A stretch of DNA of 64,000 bases. Source: Tetramitus jugosus (taxonomy: Eukaryota > Protista > Heterolobosea). A program made the position numbers and the translations under genes. The stretch covers positions 456,296-520,295 of the forward strand of contig OW569363.1 of assembly GCA_937625935.1 (NCBI GenBank), read 5' to 3'. Below are positions 19,101 to 27,277 of the stretch, in pieces (position 1 is the stretch's first letter; every line of letters begins with the position of its first letter). Below the pieces are notes generated by a model. The model searched no databases. It had not been told where the DNA came from and worked only from the letters and a program-made list of their open reading frames with translations.

Positions 19101-19933
19101 TGATGGTTGACGATCAACCTCTTTGTCTGAAAGAATTCAAAAGTGTATTTCCGAAATGCAGAATGGGACCAAGATCACATGAACTGCTATTGATAATGAT
19201 TTCGGCCATGAGGAACTGTCAATGTTCCTCCAATATCAAGACTGTAGATGAAACCGAACCAGTGCTCTACAAAGGAAAGGTGCAGGTAGAGAGCAGAAAG
19301 CATCTTCAATCGTTGCTCGATCAAGAGAGGATAATGAGAGTGGAGGCATGCGAACTATGGTGGTTACAGAAGCAGGCAAATAACAGTGGAGCCGACTTTG
19401 GTTTCCTGAAGTACCCTCATGTTGTCGATCGAAAGCTGGAATGGTTCCAAGCCCAGGTCCGTAGTGGCACATTACACACAGAAGAAGTGGTACATTACCT
19501 TTACAACACCACTGGGAAGCCCAAAAAGTGTGTGTGGTGTCAAATTGAGAATGAAAGTGTTCTTCACTGTCTTATTCGATGTCCCAGAGCGGTTAAATGT
19601 CGAAGATTACTTGCGATGACAGTAGGAGACGAGTTAAGGGAGTTAGGGGTGGCTCGACAAAGTCACATCGACATATGGTTTGACAACTTGCGGTTGATGG
19701 AAGGAAAATTGTCGCGAAGACCGATAAGAAAAACCAGCAAAGAATACCTGCAAGGAATGATGGGTATCGAAGTAGATGCCAACGAACAGATAAAAGATGG
19801 CTTGGTACTTAACGGAATGAAGAAGTCAATGGCTGCCAAGAAAGCAAATACATTTGTGAACAGTGTGAAGCGGAGGTGTCTTACGACCCTCCATCAACTG
19901 TTCACGTCAACCAAGGAGAAACAGAAGCAATGA
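16109..19933 (+). CDS. Retrotransposon ORF2: AP-endonuclease + reverse transcriptase + C-terminal CCHC zinc knuckle
   Basis: APE motifs WYNING, LQE, HYGP, GGDHN, SRID, SDH. RT motifs YRPICLL, DISKAFDSV, GTRQGDSLSP, AYVDD, FRALG. Knuckle CVWC-x8-H-x4-C. Confidence 0.97.
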   Translation: MLRVIWYNINGIKGKANDVVSLMENEEIDVLMLQEASGINDEWFQRLSRKLSRINCVLICDVPNSHLATIVRTKQVQTYGVLLSKERLQVIKVVTENTTVTLANHYGPHRKDLTHYKWLEETISMYSLTGKFALGGDHNAVTKETDRTARRLDSNSQLLVEALTNNNMLDANDALGVERFHTFYRKGSSSRIDSVWCNRAAMSVVDQVMMFTKNGVNSDHVPTMLLISQVNYATERSCREAYRFPSSQKDVRWVKYGQRIIEELEALSVQNERDTDKQCELITDTLLKHAQEFRIDYKERTWTHNRSVRRMLKQREALLEFLNRRAWNSQLEKICSNSDKYLPRYDRVLETLKHVGKVLQRARTKKTTQKFRKWEWESRTAEFKDPSKFFSAASAKKSCRVRLNRVSKDGLLHSDPHMVGEVAADYFEGAFRKEEANMSFLAMLEKNTDKHKIRECIKPFNTEEVANAIKWLRNRKCPGADRVQNEMIKLPRTKKRDFRWEFADILCTFFNNITRTGKFPKSWKECIIIPAYKKGDVSNPENYRPICLLSSISKLYTKLLNMRVAKAAEEGGIFSNVQGGGRRYRDIREKLSLIRGIIDHSNRHDRQLYLLLTDISKAFDSVPHNAIESVYKFFGFPIEIVKLVSSMVRDNYARVMTSSLSRRFHMGKGTRQGDSLSPTTYILVHQVVLLYVNQRMNGIKVMSQRLWNAAYVDDCNLFAESRGDMEKAAEAMSTVLGWLRMTMHPDKLELYVRKLDDESTHDITVGKKLVRAKNNKQGFRALGLYTNLRGSTNTQREQAWQKAQRVVVRLKLMRLTARQVSRVVNTCIHPVFTYASEFTDWPQGWLNKVNLLGRSLVKYGSKAMKIFPSELLSVESEMGLVGLKDIEETITTQTAWFVCAMINGKRDTEARKLFLDTLEDIKHNQTFQYENVYQSRNRLEAVKGSYHKWCASRLHKHHIRVVVNTQQQQCDECCLARYVPSSLLKTLFKAGITSREQLMVDDQPLCLKEFKSVFPKCRMGPRSHELLLIMISAMRNCQCSSNIKTVDETEPVLYKGKVQVESRKHLQSLLDQERIMRVEACELWWLQKQANNSGADFGFLKYPHVVDRKLEWFQAQVRSGTLHTEEVVHYLYNTTGKPKKCVWCQIENESVLHCLIRCPRAVKCRRLLAMTVGDELRELGVARQSHIDIWFDNLRLMEGKLSRRPIRKTSKEYLQGMMGIEVDANEQIKDGLVLNGMKKSMAAKKANTFVNSVKRRCLTTLHQLFTSTKEKQKQ

Positions 19934-20042
19934 CGCTCTACGAGCATCATTGGGAAATAATGTACAGATAACCAGGGCCAACGCTCTACGAGCGTTGGCT
20001 AATGCAAACGAAAGACAATAAAAAGCGCAACTGCAATAGTTG
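19928..20042 (+). promoter_or_regulatory. LINE 3' UTR stem-loops (two hairpins sharing a GCTC-TAC-GAGC apex, plus a terminal hairpin)
   Basis: CAATGA-C-GCTC-TAC-GAGC-A-TCATTG (19928-19952); perfect GCCAACGCTC-TAC-GAGCGTTGGC (19977-19999); GCAACT-GCAAT-AGTTGT (20027-20043). Confidence 0.7.
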
Positions 20043-20074
<32 letters not shown>

Positions 20075-20076
<2 letters not shown>

Positions 20077-20084
20077 CCGGAGAC
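20075..20084 (+). repeat. 3' copy of the target-site duplication (A)GCCGGAGAC
   Basis: Identical to 14677-14686. Confidence 0.92.
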
Positions 20085-20238
20085 TAAGGCAGTCACGTTG
20101 CCGTTGGTTGGGCCAATTTGCAGACGATCACTGTGAAAAACAACCAGTTTTCGTGATCCTTCTCAGACCTCGTCGAAACGCCGCGAATTTTGTTCCACGT
20201 CAAAGCGAAAACAAAAAACAAAAACCTCCCTTTGCAAA

Positions 20239-22527
20239 ATGATACGAAGAAAACAATCAGTCAATGACAAAGATCAGGAGTGTTACGTGCACGACGGAGA
20301 TGACGTGCGGTTGGACATTGTGGAACTACAGGATATGAACGTTGAAGACAACACAAACCAACCGATCGATCATAATTCTCCTTCGCCGACGACAACCGGA
20401 GAAAATTCTCAGCAACCACTACGGGAAATCGTTCCCGAACAAGAGTTCCCGAATTTGGTTCGACCATCCAACCGTCACGATGATCAAAAGCTTAGCAATG
20501 CAGCTACGACATTCAACAGTCGAAGAAAAAAGAGAGCTACACTGAGCGATATCGTGCACGAAATTTCCATCACACCCATTATTGAAGATGAGGCGCGTGA
20601 AATTACACCAACTCCGCCATCCGCCACAGTTGACCAACCCTCTCGATTCTCCCTCCAGTCATCGTCATCTTCATCCTCTTCCCCTTCACCTCTACCACCA
20701 TCACATCAACAACAAAAAAGACAGCAAAAACAACAAGATGGACAATTATCATCATCAGAGCTATGGTCATTGATTCAAAAAGCTTTTGTTGATTCCTTCT
20801 CTCGTTCATCATCCAATAACAATGAACGTATCAAGAACAACTCTGCTTCTACAAAAACAACCGTGTTTGACAAGGAAGAAACCATGGAACAAAGAACTGC
20901 TCCCAAGTGGATTCTCCTACTCAAGTCTATTTGGAATCGATTGGAAACTTCGAGAGATGTCATTCATTTGACATTGAGCGAGCCCAAGAGCTCTAAAACA
21001 GCTCAATTCATCTCCATTTTCATGCTCTCTCTCATTATCATGTCATCCATCTCGTTTTGTGTCTCCACATTGCCTCAATTCTATGGTGAAGATGAAAAAT
21101 TGTGGTTCTACTTGGAAACCATGTACATTTTTGTTTTTTCATTGGAGTTTTTGCTGAGGTTGATCACAACGAGGAATCCATTGCTGTTCTGTACTCGGAT
21201 TTTAAACATTTTGGATTTTGTGTCTCTGTTGCCCTATTTCTTGGAATTGATATTGAATCGATATGCTCCCTCACTTGGTCTTAATAACTCGTCTGGTCTT
21301 CGTCCTGATGACAGATCGAATAACGTGGATCTTCGTTTGTTGAGAATGGCTCGTCTCGTGCGTATTGTTCGCATTTTTAAAATCTCTCGACATGCAAAGC
21401 CCATTAGAGTCATGTTTCTAGCTCTAAAGGACAGTACGGATGTTCTCTATTTGGCTCTTGTGTTTATCTCTGTGACACTCATGGTATTTTCGTCGATCAT
21501 GTACTATTTGGAGAGAGGTCGATGGGATAGTGTTCATCGATTGTGGTATCGCTGTACATTGGACGATCCTGTCACTGGAGTCTGCATGACAGAGGAAGTT
21601 AGTCCCTATCAGAGTGTGTTTCATTCGTTCTGGTGGGGAATTACGACACTGACAACTGTAGGTTACGGTGATTCATATCCAGTGACTTCAAGTGGGAGAG
21701 TGGTGGCAGGTGTTACCATGTTGTTTGGTGTGTTAGTAATTGCACTTCCTTCTTCTATGCTCGGATCAAAATTCGAAATGAAATATCAAATGTTTCGCGA
21801 GAATGAACAAAAGAAGAAGATGATACAAAAAGAACAGAAGAAGCAGAGAAAGTTGGAGAAGAAGAGATCAAAGGAATTGACAGCCGCAGCTGCTTCGACT
21901 TCTTCAACTGATATTGAATCACCTTCGAACAGATCCCATGTGTTTCTTAGCAAGCTCAAGAAATCTGTGGCCAGTGGTCAGCTTCAGAAACAAATGCAAC
22001 AACAACAGCAGCTGCAAACCTATGTTCCCCCTCCAATTCTGAAACAGGCTGTGCAAAGCAATCGGAATGACTTCAATGACAGCTTTGCACCTGACCAGAT
22101 GAACACAAATAATGAAACTGAGGTGACACCTACGATCAAATATGATCCATCTATATCCCCTGTACTATCACCTCTCACCGCTTCTTTGATCAGCGACAAT
22201 CGTTCATCAGAAGAATTCAATCGGTCTAAACCTGGTCCACTGGCTGTGAAGCCTTCCAGCCATGGAAAAACCATTCAGTGGCAACAACAAGTTATATGTC
22301 GATTATTGATCGTAGATTGTGAAACAGGCCAAGAACAAGTCAAAAAAATTACTGTCTCACCTGCCGACCAAGTCCTGGAACAATACGTCAAAAGTCAGCT
22401 CCAGGAGTGTGGGAATTCAACCTACCAACGCCTAACATCGGCCGGCTACGAGCTCTCTGATGTCAACCTAACCATCGGAGAGTACTCCGACGCAAAGAAC
22501 CAGCTCTTTCTAGAAATCTACAAGTAA
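20239..22527 (+). CDS. Voltage-gated potassium channel (6TM, Kv-like)
   Basis: S4 LRLLRMARLVRIVRIFKISRH, pore SFWWGITTLTTVGYGD, S6 GVLVIALP. Long disordered N-terminus with no T1 domain seen. Confidence 0.93.
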   Translation: MIRRKQSVNDKDQECYVHDGDDVRLDIVELQDMNVEDNTNQPIDHNSPSPTTTGENSQQPLREIVPEQEFPNLVRPSNRHDDQKLSNAATTFNSRRKKRATLSDIVHEISITPIIEDEAREITPTPPSATVDQPSRFSLQSSSSSSSSPSPLPPSHQQQKRQQKQQDGQLSSSELWSLIQKAFVDSFSRSSSNNNERIKNNSASTKTTVFDKEETMEQRTAPKWILLLKSIWNRLETSRDVIHLTLSEPKSSKTAQFISIFMLSLIIMSSISFCVSTLPQFYGEDEKLWFYLETMYIFVFSLEFLLRLITTRNPLLFCTRILNILDFVSLLPYFLELILNRYAPSLGLNNSSGLRPDDRSNNVDLRLLRMARLVRIVRIFKISRHAKPIRVMFLALKDSTDVLYLALVFISVTLMVFSSIMYYLERGRWDSVHRLWYRCTLDDPVTGVCMTEEVSPYQSVFHSFWWGITTLTTVGYGDSYPVTSSGRVVAGVTMLFGVLVIALPSSMLGSKFEMKYQMFRENEQKKKMIQKEQKKQRKLEKKRSKELTAAAASTSSTDIESPSNRSHVFLSKLKKSVASGQLQKQMQQQQQLQTYVPPPILKQAVQSNRNDFNDSFAPDQMNTNNETEVTPTIKYDPSISPVLSPLTASLISDNRSSEEFNRSKPGPLAVKPSSHGKTIQWQQQVICRLLIVDCETGQEQVKKITVSPADQVLEQYVKSQLQECGNSTYQRLTSAGYELSDVNLTIGEYSDAKNQLFLEIYK

Positions 22528-22739
22528 TTCCGATTCTTTCAACGACCCACTTTCCCATATAAAAAAATTGTAAACTAGTGTCAGATGTCAGATGTGGAGT
22601 AAATTTTACCACTCCCAAACTAACTAAAAAGTTCCTTCTGCTGGCCTGTTTGATTCAATTCGACACACTCCCGAACGAAAAAAGACAAGAGAGATAAACG
22701 CACATTCAACAGCAACAAACAAACAAACAAACAAAAACA

Positions 22740-24271
22740 ATGGGTCAATGTTTTTCAGGAGGAACAGGAGGTCCTAACGACGAAAAAGAAAAGAATCGAC
22801 GTGCAGACAATGATATCAAGAGACGAAAGGAGGAACTTTCAAAGGAATTAAAGTTGCTTTTGCTGGGTTCTGGAGAATCAGGAAAGAGCACCATTTTCAA
22901 GGTACGTACGCCCTAGCTGGCCATTTATTCATCTTTTGGCCTACAGGGGACAACACACCATTTTTTTGGTTGTTGCACCCCCCTGCCTAGGTGATTTTTT
23001 TTTGAGCTCCTGTCCTGACACCCATTTCTGCTCTCTCTGTCTCATGGACCAACAACAACAACAACAACAATGAAAATGAACGATAAATAACAAACGGCAA
23101 CAACAAAAATAATCATTATCATCATCATTGTACTTGTAACAACAACAACAACAACAATCATAATCGATTGTTATCTATTTTTTTCATATATATGTTTAGC
23201 AAGTCAAAATTTTGTACAATGAGGGATACACAAACGAAGATGTCCTATTGTACAAGGCAAGCATCTACGCAAACATTATTACGACAATCAAGGCTTTGGC
23301 ACAATCGTGCATCAATGATGGAATAAAGTTCCAAGATCCTGCAAACGAAGAGAGAGCAAGAGCGCTCATTGAGTCCACTGACAATGAGAATTCTCTCTTG
23401 TTGAACGCTGATAAAAAGTATGATGAAAAGATGAGTTTGGACACGGAGGCACTCTGGGCAGATGAGAGTGTGAAGAAACAGTTTGAGAAGAGATATGAGT
23501 TCCATGTGTTTGATGGAGCACCATACTTTTTCCAGAATTTGCAAAGATTGAAGCCGCCACACTATGTGCCAACCAATGAAGATATTTTGTACTGTCGAAG
23601 AAAGACGACTGGTATCGTGGAAGTCAAGTTTGAACACGAAGGTTATGTGTATAAGCTCTGTGACGTCGGAGGGTATGTGTCTTTATTGTTTTTTGAGCTT
23701 TTCTTGCTATTTTTCTGTAAACGACGCGCCCCATTTTTTGGCGCTCTTTTTTCATCGTCTCTGCTTTGATTACAACACTGAAAGCTAACACACTGAGAAT
23801 TGTCGTAACTACCACAGACAAAGAAACGAAAGAAGAAAATGGGTCAATTGCTTCGAAGGAGTCAGTGCTGTCCTCTTTGTCTCCTCTCTCAGTGACTATG
23901 ATCAAAAGTGTTATGAAGATGACGTGACAAACCGTATGAGTGAATCACTAGAGCTTTTTGAGCAAACCATCAATGGACAAATCTTTAGAGACACATTGAT
24001 TATCCTCTTCTTGAACAAGACTGACGTCTTCAAACAAAAGATTGCCACAAAAGACCTCGAAGTGTGCTTCCCAGAGTACGACGGAGGTTGTGACTTTGAT
24101 AACGCTTGTCGTTTCATTGAACAAAAGTTTTTGGATTTGAACAAGTTTGATCCAGATCGCTTAGTGACACATTTCACATGTGCCACGCAAGTGGATAGTG
24201 TGAGGAGTGTGATGGATGATGTGAAACGTGTGGTTTCAAATCACAATGCCAACAGGAATCAAGCTCTATAA
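22740..24271 (+). CDS. Heterotrimeric G-protein alpha subunit, 3 exons (22740-22901, 23200-23672, 23818-24271), about 362 aa
   Basis: MGQC lipidation motif, LLLLGSGESGKSTIFK|Q, RRKTTGI, DVGG|QRNERRKW, FLNKTD, TCAT. GT-AG introns of 298 and 145 bp restore the frame. Confidence 0.95.
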
Positions 24272-24791
24272 TAGAATTTTTGTTGTCAAACATTTCGCGC
24301 CACAGTGAAGTAATCTGCATGATTACGCACCTCTCACTGTGTTTTAGTGTTGTTTGTTGCAGCAGCAACATGAAAATGACACGTGTGATGGCTGTGCATG
24401 ATCTAGGTCATTCACCAATACCCAAAGGCATATCATGCACAGCCATGGCATATCCACACATGCCACGACACATATTGACCAATATGCTTTTATACTTACG
24501 AAACCTAACCTATTTTCCCCCAACGACTCCCATTCTTCCACTCATCAGATAAACTAACATGCTCCACTGGGTGCTGTTTGGAGCTTTTTTGCTTACAATA
24601 AACACTCGTGTGTTCCATTAACTCAAAAGTTTAGTCCCATTAGAAATACATTGCTTCTCCTTCACTCTTGCCTCAGATTTGGAAAGGAATTTCTAGCTGG
24701 CATCTGAGCCAGATTACCAGAAATTGGCGTTCCGTAGACGTCAACGACAGAGACTTCAAAAACCCCGATGACATAAAAAAACGAACACAGA

Positions 24792-26767
24792 ATGAATCAA
24801 GAAAAGCTCATCACGTTTGATCACTTGGGTGATGCACTGTATCACACCATTCTGTACGTGTTCAACGAATTGGACCCAAACGTTCAAGAATTAGGTCTCT
24901 TGTTGTTGCCTGAACCCACATGGCTCTCCGATAATCAAGATCAAGAACATCATGATACTCGAGATGATGTTGATGTTGATGATAATGATCAGCAATCATC
25001 TTCATCACATCGACGACAATATCATGTAAATCAACTGGTTCAAACAACAATTGCACCTGCTTTGCAACTTGAGCGTAGTGCATTCCCTGTGGCGCCAATT
25101 GTCATACAGGATCATAAGCTAGGATTGGCCTATTGGTGTCTGTCTGCTCTGTTCAAATCTGCTCATTCCAAATTTGTTTCCCTGTTGGACAAGTACCCAG
25201 AAAAAAAGAGTAGTAGTGGTAGTAGTGGTGGTGATTGTGATTCCATGTGCCATGAAGATCAAGAGCTCTTTTTGGAGTGCACGCGTTGCATGTTGCTCAT
25301 TAATGCAGATTGCTATACGGCATGGCATCGAAGAAAGAAGATTTTGATGAGTCGGATGAAAAGTGATGTGAGTGGTAGTGATGATGAGCTTTCTGAGGAT
25401 AATCGTGTGAGATTCAACGCAATGCTATCACAGGAGCTTCAATTTTTGAATTTATTGGGCACAAAGCATCCAAAGAGTGGTGAGTCATGGCATCACAGAT
25501 GGTGGATCATCAAGCAGAGAATCGCAATGGAAGTGGCTGCAAGAGTGAATAATAACTTTGAAAAAGACAGTTCCTTGTTTCAATTGTTGGACAATGAAAT
25601 GAAGGTTGCGGAGCGCATGGCTGTTTTGTACCCGAGAAACTATTATTCTTGGACTCATCGACAATTGATACTCAAGGAACTGGTAAGGCTTGATTCATCG
25701 CTGCTGTTGCCCATGATAGAATCGGAATGGAAGAGATTAGAAGCATGGACCAGGAGAAACATTAGTGATCACTCTGGATTTCATCATGTCATACTGTTGT
25801 TGCAATTGTCGTACAGTGACATGATACGATTGAAAGAGGAGCAAACAGAGGACATGTTCTTGGGTCGATATGTTGCCATGATTCGTCTCGTTGTGCAACA
25901 GTTGCACTATTGTCAATTTATGATTACGTTCTATCCTGGGCATGAGAGCTTGTGGATCCACAGGCGATTACTGTGGAAGTTTTGGATTCAATTGTTGAAC
26001 ACGGAGCGAGTCAGAAGTATGGATGAGTCCAATACTGGTTTATTGTGTTCATTCTACGGCAAGAATCTGTGCGAGAACAATCACCGTCATGATGACAAAT
26101 CAAGCCAATCGATATCGTTCCTTCAATTCATTGAGTATATTACCGATCAATGTGCGCGTGAATATGAACGATCTGGTCAATCCGTTGACGATGGTATGTA
26201 CATATTCGCTATTATTCAAAAGTGAGAGTAGGAAGCAGAAACTAACCCACACATCAATGATTCTCCAATTTAACGTTGTCCACACTAGATTCTTCCAACA
26301 CCACTGTGCAACAATCTGACCACTTGTATGCCATACCAACTCTTCGAAATGAACTCTTCTTCGCAGAGATGCGTATTGCGGACACTGAGGTCACAGATTT
26401 CGTGAAACAAAGGAAATTGGCACTGTCGTATCAGGTGTTTGTTCTGGACACAGCCTCTGCTTTTATTCCAGCTTTTGCCATTTTTACGAACGAGAATCTG
26501 ATAAGTCCACTTGAATCTGTGCTCGCGTTGGATGTTTTACCACCGTTGAGTGACCCACAGTCCGCTGTGTCTTCATCACTGTCCGACATGAAGCTGGTGC
26601 TACTTCAAGAGTACTGCTCAAAGGAAAAGCAGGTTCTACAAGAGTTGGAGCGAGTGGAGGTATCTGGTGTACATCGCAACTTGTGGCGAGCACTTTTCAA
26701 CGCTTTCACAGTCCGGAGCGATGCCACGCTTCTTCGCGAAGAAAAACATGAATCTAATGAGATTTGA
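24792..26767 (+). CDS. PTAR1: Protein prenyltransferase alpha-subunit repeat protein (PTAR1-like), 2 exons (24792-26193, 26289-26767)
   Basis: PPTA repeats (NADCYTAWHRRK, KHPKSGESWHHRWW, YPRNYYSWTHR, NISDHSGFHH, YPGHESLWIHRR). 95-bp GTATGT…ACTAAC…AG intron. Confidence 0.8.
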
Positions 26768-27277
26768 TCAGGTTCCAACCAAGGAAGATGGCGCTGGGAC
26801 ACTAAGTTTAGACTGCGGCGACTTCTATGAACAGCAGCTTCCCATACATGGACGACCTCTTGCCATATTGGTTCTGCTCAGCCGAAATCAGTTGATCTAT
26901 TCTTCGATCTATTATTTCAGCGAATTGCTGCTAACTTCCGAATGTGAAGTTGGTCGATGCGTTGGGAACCTTGGCCCATCACACGAAAAATAACTGGTCA
27001 GATTTCGTTTGTCGTTTGAGCAACAAGAATTATCATCGAATACATTAGACATACGTGAACCGTGAACAATACGTTTTCACGATCATCTCAACAATTGTCT
27101 AGTCAAACAACACTCATTCACAACTCCTTTACCGGGCAACTCACTTTCCGAGCAGTAGTTGTCAACAATAAAACCGCAACAACATACGAAAACAAGTTAC
27201 AACGTCGCGTTCACACAACACCATAGTAACACCAATTTTTTTCCAACAGTTCCATATATTTTGTTGTTGTGAGAAAT

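Larger units (their letters stand above)
14687..20075 (+). mobile_element. Intact APE-type non-LTR retrotransposon (L1/Tx1-like) inserted 50 bp upstream of tRNA-Val in divergent orientation
   Basis: Two intact ORFs, AATAAA at 20017-20022, a pure poly(A) tail at 20047-20075, perfect flanking TSD, and a 5' AAAG+A31 leader. Confidence 0.95.

Noticed and set aside
23040-23160. CAA/CAT trinucleotide runs here and in other introns and low-complexity coding segments
   Set aside because: Ordinary microsatellites; no repeat-spacer structure, so not CRISPR-like.
24403-24431. ACCCAAA in the loop of the 15-bp hairpin as a telomerase RNA template
   Set aside because: Only 7 nt match the telomere repeat; about 1.5 repeats would be expected.
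24492-24502. ATACTTAC resembling the U1 snRNA 5' end
   Set aside because: Continues GAA rather than CTG, and no U1 stem-loops or Sm site follow.
24510-24550. CTGATGAG…GAAA hammerhead-like core on the minus strand
   Set aside because: No stem II pairing between the motifs and no flanking stems.
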